From: Podarcis liolepis
Lineage: Eukaryota
NCBI GenBank assembly: GCA_965112155.1
Contig: OZ218101.1
DNA: 64,000 nucleotides
Direction: 5' to 3' (one strand)
Of this stretch, positions 48,475 through 59,479 are shown piece after piece (the first letter of the stretch is position 1; each line of letters starts with the position of its first letter). Position numbers and translations under genes: made by a program. The notes under the pieces were generated by a model that had not been told where the DNA came from, did no database searches, and saw nothing but the letters and a program-made list of their open reading frames with translations.

Positions 48475-49051
48475 CCCTTTAGCAGTGCATGTTTACTCAA
48501 AAGAATGCCCTACTGCACTCCGTCCAAGGTCAGTGGTGGTGCATGTTTTTGTATCTTGGCAAAAGAGTGTTTAAAAAGGTCCTTCGGGGCAATGGTGATA
48601 CACTGTATATCTCCTCCCCCAAACCCCAATTGCTATTTATAAATAAAAACCCAAACCTATAACAAGAGGGGGGGCAGTTAACCTGTTGGTGCTCAGAATT
48701 ATCTGATGTTTTGGAACAAAATCCTTCCACATGAGCAACATTTTTTAATGCACATTTAGCTTCAAAAAACATATTTCTCCAGAAAAGAAAATGACTTTGA
48801 AATAGCCATCGCAACAGCTGGTCTTAAATTTTAACTGAGCAACAACATGGTGCCCAAGCTCTATAGCTATGTACACTTTGAAAGCTACAACTTGAAATTA
48901 GTTTTAAAAAGGAGCTTTGGTTTTTATGCTCATGTAAAAGTGGCATTTGTTGTAGAAGGCAACAGATTTCTGAACAGATCACCTTGAGAATGGTAATCAA
49001 GATTCCCGCTCGCCATGGAAATAGTTCTCCTCTTTCTAGACTCAACTGTAG

Positions 49052-49120
49052 CTAGTAAGGAGGTGGTAGGGGCTGCATTTGAAGGACATCGTATGTATCC
49101 TTCGTTGCTTTGCTGAGACC
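49052..49120 (-). CDS. CD247: CD247 exon 8, coding part (GLSKATKDTYDVLQMQPLPPPY*)
   Basis: ctttatcag| acceptor; TAG at 49054-49052. Confidence 0.97.
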   Translation of the reverse strand, partial: GLSKATKDTYDVLQMQPLPPPY

Positions 49121-52100
49121 CTGATAAAGAAAGATGAGATGACTCAAAGTTATAACTAAATCAATATAACTGTAGTTATTAATCAGAAGTACTAAGTCCA
49201 TATGCCCCTGCTAAAAATAAGTCCAACAACTCTGGCTTTCTATCCAGAGTAAATAAAGGTGACAGGCTGATACTCATAGCAAGGCAAAAGTCCTGCTTAG
49301 GAGAAGAATGTGACTGGTCCATTGTTTGTTGGAGGAAGCAAAGATGTATACTGCCCTTAGACGCGCCTCTGTACTTGTTCCTTCACAGACTGCATTAACA
49401 CCTCTGGGCAAGCAAAAATATTCTCTTAGGTGGCTCAAAGTGAGGGAACAGGGCACTTGCTGTGGTCTCCCATTGTAGAAAGGTGATCCAAATTGACAGG
49501 GTGCATGTATGCCAGAAACTAATTAAAGCAAAGGCAAACAAGATTCCTGTGTGAGCTGCTTTTGTGCAGCTTGCTTCCATAGGATTGTGACCCTGAAGTT
49601 TGTAAGGAGATAGGCTTGCTATTGCTGTGCCTTACCTGATAAACTGTTTCACTGCCTTTGCCACGTCGTCTCTGAAAAAAAGAAGCCCAGCATCAATACA
49701 AAATCTCCCTGCCAAAATCTTTTTGCCCATGCAAATAATTACACTCACACTTGGCTCAATTTAACTGGGGGAAATGGGAGGCTTGCTTCTGATTGGTCTT
49801 TTAAGAAGGTGCTGCACAATCTGACTCAACTGCCCCTTAATCAGTAATAAATAAAAATAATAAAGCACAGAAGTGTCATTCAAACAATATCAAAAGGGTG
49901 AGGAGGATACTATAACTTCTGTTTTGCTTGACAGTACTGCTTTAAATAAAGGGTAGGAAAAAAGCAGGCAGAGTAGTGCCTGAAGCCACCTTGGCACCTT
50001 ATGTGTAGAGCCAAATTGGCAAGAAGTGTCACTTACCTCTCCTTTCTTTCCAATTTCGCTGTATGCTTCAGCCATCTTATCCCGCTGTAGAGCCTGGCCA
50101 TGGAAGATCAGAAAATAGTGTCAGCACGAATAAAATTAAAGTACTGTTTTCTGTCATACCACTCCTCTTTGTCAGAGATAAGAAACCATGGACTCTCCCT
50201 CCAGATGTTCTTCCAGTTCACATCAACCCCAGCAAGCAATGTCCAGTGGTCAGGGACGATAAACATTGTAGTCTAGCATCATCTAGAGCAGTGTTTCCCA
50301 ACCGGTGTTCCGCGGCACACTACTGTGCCGTGAGACATCGGCTGGTGTGCCGTGGGAGGGAGGCGGGCGAGAGGCGGCGGCGGCGAGGATCCGGCGGGGG
50401 TGGGGGGAGCGGGGGCCGTCGCGCGCAACCGAACTCACTTGGCGCGCTGCCGGCTTGTCCTCCTTCAACCCGGGTCGGGCCAGGCCTGCTCACGTCCCCG
50501 GATCCCCTAGCAGCAGCCGCACGCTCTCCAAAAGCGCAACGCTGCGCGCAACCGCTCGGCCAGCTGGTGCTCTGCGACTCCGCCCTTTCCCCTCCCAGCG
50601 CCGGAGGGTTCGCGCGACCGCAGCTGTTCCCTTTCGCAGCGCGCGGGAAACAATTCCAGGCCGATTGCCTTGTGCCGAAAAGCACCGCCTCTCCTTCCAG
50701 CTCAGGCCCGGGCCGCCGGCTCCCCGAATGACGTCACGGGGGCGGGGCTTTAATGGTGGTGTGCCGCGAGATTTTTTTCCGGTAAACAGGTGTGCCGTTG
50801 CCCAAAAACGTTTGGGAAACACTGATCTAGAGAGCCACCTACAGGTTCCCTATCCTTGCTATATAGATATAACAAAACAATACTTTCCCTGTGTTCATTC
50901 ATGGGAGAGGAGATGTGATTGGTGGTCCAGACTAAGGCAATGTTTCTTCCTTCACATTGCAGTTAGACTTGAAAGAAACCACTTGTTGAGTACAGTAAAA
51001 AACTCCTTTCAAGTCTACTTGCAGAAGGGGGGGATGCTGCAGGCCAGATGGGGAGACCCTGCAGGTCAGCACTTACTCTTGCTTTATACTCTCTTTATTT
51101 GGTAATTCCCCCCCCCCCAATGTCAAATAGGTCCCTGCTACTCCCATACTACAGCCATGGGAGGATTTCAATGTTGCACTAATTGAGCATCCCTTGGTGG
51201 GCTACTAGTTGCATAAGGAAAGGGCAGGAAGCCTTGTGGCAGGTCACACAGCAGATTGCTGTAGTCAACAGTACTTCCTCCTGTACAACAAACTTGCACT
51301 ACCACAACTGGGGCGGGTGCTGGGGAATACTACCCCACAGAGCAGGTTGGGGGAAACTCTGGCCCTCCAGATGTTGCTGAACTTCTGCTCCCAACATCCC
51401 TGGCCATTGGCCATGTTTGCTGGGGCTAATGGGACTTGGAGTCCAACATGATATGAAGAGCCAATGGTTTCCCATGCCTGCCATACAGTCTGTTCAATTG
51501 CACATTCTACCTGTCATTAATGGCATTTCATGGCAGCTGTTTGCTGCAGCAGAGGAAAACAGATCACAAAAGTAGCGTGCTGCTGAAATGGCATAGGGAC
51601 AGACATGCACACATAAAAATTTTGCATGCAGGAGCAGAAAACATTCTTTAAAAAGAAAGAAAAAGTGGACTCTAGCAGAGTGAGGCTAAAATGCAACAGG
51701 AATATAAGTTTTTGTAAACCAAAGCAGACTGCTTATGGGGTTCATTAACAGCATGAAAACAAGCTGGGTCTTGAAACACATTCTGGGAGAGGTATTTGGC
51801 ACCCATGCGCTCACAATCAATCAAACAAATACACTGGCAAATTGTCATTTGTGTGCAAAACGAGATAAATTAATGAGGGTGATGCCTACATGGTAGCACA
51901 ATTTACTTCCCAGTGTTGTTTCAGATGTCTTTAGGTGGGTTTTATGTGAAGGTGGCTGGTCATTTTAGAAAACTGAAAAGCAATTTAGAGAAATTCTAGA
52001 CAATATGGCAAGAAACCAAAATGCTTTTCTGAAATGGTCAGTTCTTGGTTTTACTTACACTGTAAACTCTGTCCTGAGCTTGTTTTCTTCTGTGCTGAAA

Positions 52101-55100
52101 AGGGGAAGAATAAACAAGCAGTTCTTGGAACCGTTCTTGCGGACAATATCAAAAAAATACTTGGGGATGCACAAGGCATTGCAGAGATTCTTACAGAGAT
52201 GCTAGTCTGGGATTAGTCACAAAATTTCTAGCTGCATTTGACGATGCATGAAGCATTATACTGAGTTGCTGGTATATGTACACATGGCAGTGGGAAGGGG
52301 GCTATCAACAGCTGTTGATAGCACCGACATCCTGACATATATAATGTGTGAACGATCCTTTGTCTCTATTTAGCCCACAGGCTATGGGGCTGAAACATTG
52401 CAATTTAGTGGCTTAACCAAACCACATATGTGTCCACCCACCCACCCCTGTAACTCAGAGTAGCACTTCATGCACTTAAGGAAGTGGACTGTAATCCACA
52501 AACATTATTCCATCCTTAATAATAAATCTGTTAGTCTTCAAAGTGCCATCAGATTCTTTGCTGTTTTAGGAGAGGTCAGGGATGCCATGTCCCAGTGGCT
52601 CCCTGAGCTGGGCTGACATTTTCTCTGCACAGAAAAGAGTGGCCTGAATAAAAGGACCACGATGAGATGAGTGAAGGTACCTGGGCTTTCCCCCCTACTT
52701 CAATGTCAGCGTCTGTCTGTTTTGCTCCCAGCGATGCATATTCATCTCTGGTTCCATGAGACAATCTCTGAAATGAAATATATAGATAGGGACATTTACA
52801 AGAATGACAGCTCATTGGTAAGTTGCAGTCCCGAGCTCCTAACGGGCTGACCAGTACTGTGTCTTCAAAATAGACTCAAAAACAAACATGAGCTCAATAA
52901 ATCACATTCTGTTATGTTAAAACCATCCCATAAAATCCTGGTCCTAGACGCAAGTTGCTAACACTTTGCCCAATCCTTCCGCAGTCAAGGGATTAATTAA
53001 GAAACTGAAAGCCCATCTAATCCAGCATTATTTTCTCTCCGTGGCCTATGCTGAGCACAACACTCTTCTGGACCATACCTGGGTCATACCAGGTATTCAG
53101 AGACATGCTGCCCCCAATGCCAGAGGTAATACAGCCATTGTAACTAGTAGCTGTTGATGATCTCCAGGAATTTGTCTAGTCTCCTTTGAAAACTCATAAA
53201 TTGGTGACCATGGACATCTTGGGGCTGCAAATCCCATAATTCAACTCTTGTGTTATGCTGAGAAGTACTTGCTTCCTGAATCTCCCACCATCCACCTTTC
53301 ATGGGATGCCAATGCAGGCTTCCCAGTAACCTCTCATATAAACCCTTCCATTCCATCCCAAAGTTTTCTGCCAATTATCCTTCTCTCTACTACTGCAGGG
53401 CTGCCTCTCGTTGCAGGAGAGAATAGCCATAGTCCCAGTCCCATGCACAGCCCTTGTACAACAGGCCTCTCTCTTCACCTTCCTTCTAGCATTAGAGCTG
53501 CTGGCTCTTATACTAAACAGGAAACCGAGCTGGCCACACATAGAGTCTTCATGGCAGCAACATGGTGTAAGCTGCACGTGCAAGCTCATTCTCTCTTCTA
53601 GCAGGAGCCAACCAGAATCTCTTGATTCTAAACAGGAAAACAAGGTTAACCCTGCTTTCACATAGGACACTGCTGTGAAGAACTCATGTAGGTCGTGCTT
53701 TCTCCTCCTTCAAAGCCCACAAACCACCTGTCTCTAGACTTTAGGCCAGAATAGAACCACTACATGTGTAGCCATTTCCCCATAACTACACAAGGCTTCC
53801 CTTGCTTATTGACTGATTTAAGAATTTAGAAATTGCTCTACAGTAAAAGAATACCTGAGTGGTGTACAAAAATAGACTGTGGGTGGGATACTATGTCAGG
53901 CTAAGGGCATCATTTTGTCAGTACAAGCATTTCTGCTTTCCTGATAGAATGATCTCCCTCTCCTCCTCTTGACTCTCCCAAGCAGATTTATGTAGGGTGT
54001 AGGGGGAGAAGTTCCATTGCACTAAAGGAATTTGTTGCACTGGCTTCTTCTGGAACAACCTGTGTTATTATGAAATAAATTATGAATTTTTAAACAATAT
54101 TCAAAATGTGAAGCCAGCTAGAATAAAACGCTGCAGAAATAAAAAGGGTGATTCAAGAAGAGTTTTTTTCATTGAATTATAGAACTGTAGAGTTGGAAGC
54201 GTCATCTAGTCCAACCCTCTGCAATGTGGGAATGTTTTGCCCAGCATGGGGCTCGAACCCACAACCCTGTTCTTAAGAGTCTCATGTTCTACCGACACAG
54301 CCATGCAGTCTCCTGCAAACATCCAACACACAGATTTCCTTCCATGGGTGTAAATCAACACCAAAAGCAACCATTTTATATATTTCCAGTGTTTATAGGT
54401 TTACACAATATCCAAAGTGATTTACACAATATCAAAAAATAAATAAATCATAGTGTATTTAAAACAAAAGCCACATGTAAAAGTGTAAGTTCCACAAATA
54501 GGCAGTGTTTAAACCAAACAATATTGGCAATAGCATTCGGGAGGGAAAGAATTCCAGAGAACTGCTGCTATAATGTTTAAAAAAAACCCAACATGTTCAA
54601 GTCATGTCAGGCTTTACTGCATGAGACTGTGGCACTGTCAAGAAATCTTCATCCACAGATCTAAGTGACTGGCTTATCAGATATCCTGGTCCGGAACTGT
54701 AATATGGCCCAGGAGCAAACTGGAAACTCATGCAATGCTTTCAACAGAGGTGTCATATGTTGACAGGTTGCCCCACAGACCAACAATAGCTGCAGTTTCT
54801 GGACCAAATTCAAGGGCAGCCCCATGTAAGGTGTGTTCTAGTAATCAAGCCTAGAGGTTACCAATGTGTGGGTCACTTTCTCCAAGACTGGTCCAAGAAT
54901 TGTTGCAACTGCCATACCAGCCCAAGCTGGCAAAAAGCACTCTTGGACATGGAATACATCTGAGTTTCCAGCGGCAATGCTCCAATTACACAGCTGCCCA
55001 GAACAGCTGATGGACCAGTTTCCTGGACCTAGGAACCACTCACCCACAGGGCCTCCAACATGATTGCCAGCTGATTGCCTGGCGCAATCCCCTCTCAGCA

Positions 55101-58100
55101 ATGGGCATACACCTGGTTGGTTGGGAGATGATTGCCTGTGGTGAGCACCTATCAAATACTTGCTACATTCCAGTTTTGGGCTATTGACATAATGGAGGAA
55201 TGTGCAGAAGTAACATGCAAAAGGTAAAGTATGGGTGGGGCAATGGAGACACTCTTGAGTATTTCTGTATCAGAACAGAGCACTGCCATCTCTTTATAGC
55301 AAATAGGTAAGCCAGGTAAGCCAAAGGTTGCCTTAACTCTAGACTTTAATCTAGTGATTAAAAATAGAAGAATACGCTTGAGAGTGCTGCCCTATCCAGA
55401 AACTCCTTAGAATGTATGTTTCTTTCAAATTCTTAAAGTGAGGATGCAGCAAAGCAAAACCACTATTTTAATTAGTATGGAGAAGACCACACACTGAAAG
55501 ACAAGAGTATATTCCAAATAGAATATAGTTTAAATCTAGTTAATTGGGAGGCGATCTACTGGATGCTGTAATTTTATTTGATATAAAACTGGTTCTGCAT
55601 GCTCCTCATTGTGGAGGGGCTACCACCCACACTGTGCTTTGAAGTCCCAACTATTGGGGCTTCAAAGTGCAGCAGCATCTGACATCCCTAAGGCCACCTG
55701 TTTGATTTGGTCCACCAGGAGAACAGACTAAGATCTGGTCCACCAGACAGAAAAGATTCTCCACTTCTGATTTAAACCTAACTCCTGAGACCCACTCTAT
55801 TACCAGAAGATCTCACTGCCATTAACTCTCCCCCCTTGCTAAGCTGGGGGAACTTGAGAGGACTCTAACAAAAGGGGTAATGAATTTTAAAAATCTGCTT
55901 AGGATTTGCCCTGACTCTGGAGGAGTCCTAGTTGAATCTTGAGGGCAGATCCACGAAATCTGGTCTCATTTAATTGTCTGTCCTACTATAATTATTTTAT
56001 TTGTGAAATAAAAATCATTCAATTTCAAGAAGACATAAGTTTAGTACTTACATTATATAGGTCCTCTGAATTCTGAGAAGTTTGAGGTTCAGGAGAGCCT
56101 TTGCATATCTGGAAAACACAAAGCCCATTTCTATCTCTGAATGTGACTTTAACAGGATAATTTCTGCTAGTGATTTATAAATGGTGCTTTATAAACCTAC
56201 AACCCACACATTTCATGGCGATTCCAATATTCTCTTGTTCCCAAACTCGAATAACGCCAGTTACGTAAGTATATGAAAACTGCATATTAAAAAAGCATGT
56301 AAAAATGTAGATTCATCATTGAATTTCTAGATCTTTGGTCATCTTTTCCTAAACTCTCAGGAACTATGCATACATTGTGATATGCAGAGCACTAAGCCGT
56401 TAAGAAGATCAAACATGTTTTAGGATATTAATAGAGTACTGAAAAGTTTCTCTGCAGTGTTCTTGCAATCTTATCCTAACTTTATTTGCAGCTAAACAAC
56501 CTCCTAGTGGCAATGGTAGAGATTTACCCATTTGTTGGTAAATGGAAAAATGGTTCCAAAGTACAGTGGTACCTCGCAAGACGAATGCCTCGCAAGACGG
56601 AAAACCCGCAAGACGAAAGGGTTTTCCGTTTGCGAGTTGCTTCGCAAGACGAATTTCCCTATGGGCTTGCTTCGCAAGAAGAAAGCCCATAGGGAAATTC
56701 CGGGGACCTCTTTTAAATGCTGGCGGTGGGGAGCAAAGCCTCCCCTCCCCTCTGGCCTTCAGAAGAGGTCCAGGAAGGCCGGCGGGGGCCGAAAGTCTTT
56801 GCTCCCCACCGCCAGCATTTTAAAAGCAGTCCGGGATAGCAGGGAAGCGCTTCCCGCTATCCCGGACGGCTTTTGAAGGCAGGCGGGGGGGGGAGCAAAG
56901 ACTTTCGCCCCCCCGCCCGCCTTCAGAAGAGGTCCAGGACCTCTTCTGAAGGCAGGCGGGGGGCCAAAGTCTTTGTCCCCCCTGCCTACCTTCCCAGAGG
57001 CTTTTAAATCGCCCTGGACAGCGGAGAAGTCCTCCGCTGTCCCGGGGCGATTTTAAAATGCCGCCCGCCAGCATTTTAAGATCGCCCCGGACAGTGGAGA
57101 AGTCCTCCGCTGTCCCGGGGTTTTTTAAAATTCTGGGGGTGGGAAGAAAAGCCCTTGCCCCCCCCCCCCAGCCTTCAGAAGAGGTCGGGGACAGATTGTC
57201 CCCGGACCTGGTCTGAAGGCGGTTTCCATAGGAACGCATTGATTGATTTTCAATGCATTCCTATGGGAAACCGTGCTTCGCAAGACGAAAAACTCGCAAG
57301 AAGAAAAAACTTGCGGAACAAATTAATTTCGTCTTGCGAGGCACCACTGTAAGTATTGTTCATCAGGCACCTTTTAATGGCAGGTATGAAATCTCAAATT
57401 TCCAAGAGGGAAAGTGTTTTGTTTTGCTGTTTTGTTTTTAATTAGTTATTACTAAAGGTTTTCTTGTGTAATAAAAAAAGTACATAAAGCATCTCCACTT
57501 TCAGTTCATAGAGTCTTTTTCACAGTTCGTTTACATTTGTTATGAGGTACCGTTGTCATAGACATTATGCGGGGAGCATAAGTGGCAGAAAAAACTACAC
57601 TCATTTAACTTCTCTCACAAAAAACATGAATAAACTCCACATTCCTGCACCTCCCATCCTCAGAATGATGGGGAATTCCCAACACAGAACTATGCTATAT
57701 CACCTACGAAGTCCACCACATAATCCCACAGAAGACGGAATGAAACAAATGGGTACACGTGGAAATAGATAAAACCAGAAACACCCCCACTACAGTGTAC
57801 ACAAGAGGGAAAGTTGCATTGAAGGTTGGCAACAGGTCTGCATCTTCCCTTCTCTCTCTTTGTACTTCTTGTCTCTGTATACACTGCTTACCTGTGTGTG
57901 AATATGAATACAGAGTGGGAAAGGCAAAAGATTCCGTCTTTGCATTGATAACTCAGCTTGCAAAGGAGTCCCCAGAGGACCACAAACAGCAGCTGCCACC
58001 ATTTAAAATGTCTTTCATTAGGTTTGAAGGGATGTTTTTTGCTTTTCACTTGGCCAATATCTGGGGCTGGAAGCAAGCAGCTGGTTGTCAATTGACTTAC

Positions 58101-59479
58101 TCCTCGATCAGAATCTCAGTGGTAAAACAGAGAAACCCTTTCACTAGGGTACTTTACCATGCCCTCCCTAATGATCACCTTCTTGACTCGGCAATGGGCA
58201 GAAGTTTTGACTCCAGTAGTTATAAACAATGTGTATCAGGCAGTGGGAATGTAAACCAATTTCTTTACCCTCAGGCTAGCTCATGAAAGGTTTCCAATGT
58301 TAAGATCAGCTGTTTTCTGCTGGAGTCAAGCATCGCGGCCCCTTCTTGCCAATTTTGCCCACTTCTTCATTTAAAGCTTTCTTCTTCTGTATTTAATGCC
58401 CATGAGAAAAGGGACCAAGTTTTCAGTCATATTGTTGCTTCCTGCTTATAGGTCAGCAGGGGGAACTTCCAGCCCATCTGCCTCATTAGGTCAGCCACAC
58501 TTCTCCATTCGGCCCGCAAGGCCATTTTGGCCAAGCCACACCCACACAGGACTGAACTCTGCACATCAGCAGATACACAGGATATTCAGTCCTGCTTTCT
58601 GCAACCTCATTGCTACCTACCCCCAAACCTGACATCAGGAGTAGGGCAGGTGTATATGGTTTCAGAGAGAAAAAAAGTCTCTTGAGCCAAATGGAGAAGA
58701 CTGGCAGGTGAAGTTTAGCTTGCAGGCCAGAGATTTCCCACCTGGTCCTAAGGAATCAATGAAGAGACCGCAAAGTGCCAGGCATCTCCAGTGACTTCTC
58801 AGGATACCCTGAGGATATCCTCAGGAATGGGGAACCTGTGGTCCTCCAGATGTGGCTGGATTTCAACTGTCATCACCCCAGGTGCCCAGTCAGCATGGCC
58901 AGTGGTCAGGGGTGATGGGAATTGAAGTCCAGCAAGGACACCAGTTTACCATCCTTGCACAACTTCGTTGTTCCATCTACTGATCCCAGAAAGGGCTTGG
59001 GAGGACCCAGCAAATTTAAAGAAACGTACTGCTGAGTGGTGAGAAGTTCCTTAGCACAAAGCATCTTTGAATTCCTGAGGTTATACATGACTGTATAACC
59101 ATCCAAAGCATTGTCCAGCATACCAGGTGCCCAGTGGAATGCTCTGTTGAAATGCTGAAGTTTCCAAACACCATGGATAATTGGTTTCTCAAATGAATCC
59201 AAGTGTCCAACAGCTCATTGGTGCTCATCCTTATTCTCGTGTTGGAAAAAGTGGGTGGAATTGGGGCAGGAAATTGAAGACACAGAGTTTACAAATAAAA
59301 ATACACGTTTCACAGGTCATTCCTTGTATGTTAAAGATCAAGAGTCTTCCCATTTTAAAGAGGCTTAGGACTCACCTTTAGTTTTACGAAACAGGCTGTG
59401 ATGATTATAGCATAAATCAAGAGGATCCCATCCAGAATGTAGCAGAGTCTTGGATCTGTCAGGCCTAGGGCATTGGCAT
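49052..59479 (-). CDS. CD247: T-cell receptor CD3 zeta chain, exons 2-8 (exon 1 lies beyond the right edge)
   Basis: Minus-strand join 59479-59376,56108-56052,52767-52681,52094-52059,50093-50037,49671-49636,49120-49052 gives (D)ANALGLTDPRLCYILDGILLIYAIIITACFVKLK-ICKGSPEPQTSQNSEDLYN-RLSHGTRDEYASLGAKQTDADIEVGGKAQ-HRRKQAQDRVYS-ALQRDKMAEAYSEIGKKGE-RRRGKGSETVYQ-GLSKATKDTYDVLQMQPLPPPY*. Zeta TM signature CYxLD and three ITAMs (YNRL-7-YASL, YSAL-8-YSEI, YQGL-7-YDVL); syntenic with POU2F1. Confidence 0.98.
49636..49671 (-). CDS. CD247: CD247 exon 7 (RRRGKGSETVYQ)
   Basis: ttttttcag| acceptor, CAG|gtaagg donor, 36 nt. Confidence 0.95.
50037..50093 (-). CDS. CD247: CD247 exon 6 (ALQRDKMAEAYSEIGKKGE)
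   Basis: ggccag| acceptor, |gtaagt donor, 57 nt; near-identical to mammalian DKMAEAYSEIG. Confidence 0.97.
50289..50824. mobile_element. Young non-autonomous hAT element with CpG-rich interior
   Basis: TIR cagtgtttcccaa / ttgggaaacactg; perfect 8-bp TSD atctagag (50281-50288, 50825-50832); tgtgccg subterminal repeats. Confidence 0.95.
51343..51480. mobile_element. Short hAT-type MITE
   Basis: cagg...ggggaa...ccctccagatgtt...cccatgcctg; related copies at ~58822-58957 and ~63660-63786; degenerate TSD ccacagag / ccatacag. Confidence 0.7.
52059..52094 (-). CDS. CD247: CD247 exon 5 (HRRKQAQDRVYS)
   Basis: ccttttcag| acceptor, |gtaagt donor, 36 nt. Confidence 0.9.
52470..52566 (+). mobile_element. 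Degenerate Penelope pLTR remnant
   Basis: gaagtggactgtaatccac...aataaatctgttagtcttcaaagtgcc resembles the pLTR at 48349-48474. Confidence 0.55.
52681..52767 (-). CDS. CD247: CD247 exon 4 (RLSHGTRDEYASL...EVGGKAQ)
   Basis: catttcag| acceptor, CAG|gtacct donor, 87 nt, completes ITAM1. Confidence 0.9.
53060..53390 (-). mobile_element. CR1 3' fragment
   Basis: Similar to 20281-20690 (gaatttgtcta.tc.cctttgaaa; gagaagtactt). Confidence 0.65.
54170..54297 (-). mobile_element. tRNA-Lys(CUU)-headed SINE with CR1-type tail (Squam2-like)
   Basis: Minus strand gtcggtagaacatgagactcttaa...gggttgtgggttcgagccccatgctgggc, then ggttggactagatga...ttccaactctacagttctat. Confidence 0.8.
54540..55050 (-). mobile_element. 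Degenerate L2-clade LINE fragment
   Basis: LEKVTHTLVTSRLDY motif on the - strand. Confidence 0.7.
56052..56108 (-). CDS. CD247: CD247 exon 3 (ICKGSPEPQTSQNSEDLYN)
   Basis: ttttccag| acceptor, |gtaagt donor, 57 nt, ends in LYN like mammalian exon 3. Confidence 0.9.
56564..57349. mobile_element. Young Tc1/pogo (Tigger-like) non-autonomous element, 786 bp
   Basis: TIR cagtggtacctcgcaagacgaa / ttcgtcttgcgaggcaccactg, TA TSD, cgcaagacg subterminal repeats, GC-rich palindromic interior. Confidence 0.95.
59376..59479 (-). CDS. CD247: CD247 exon 2 (ectodomain and TM)
   Basis: taatgcag| acceptor, AAG|gtgagt donor, 104 nt, DPRLCYILDGILLIY. Confidence 0.97.

Noticed and set aside
50063-51105. Long overlapping ORFs (222, 266, 121 and 110 aa)
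   Set aside because: They span the GC-rich hAT insertion, which lacks stop codons; low-complexity Arg/Gly/Ala/Pro content and no recognisable domain.
54239-54297. tRNA-Lys gene
   Set aside because: 5' end missing, anticodon arm mutated and fused to a CR1 tail: it is a SINE head.
56564-56660. Regularly spaced cgcaagacg repeats resembling a CRISPR array
   Set aside because: Subterminal repeats of a DNA transposon in a vertebrate genome; too short and no spacer structure.
57759-58286. 175-aa + ORF and a strong - strand donor (CAG|gtaagc near 57891) in CD247 intron 2
   Set aside because: No convincing partner acceptor or protein similarity; CD247 exons 2 and 3 already join in frame.
58808-58825. 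18-bp perfect palindrome cctgaggatatcctcagg
   Set aside because: Not improbable in 64 kb and abuts a MITE end.
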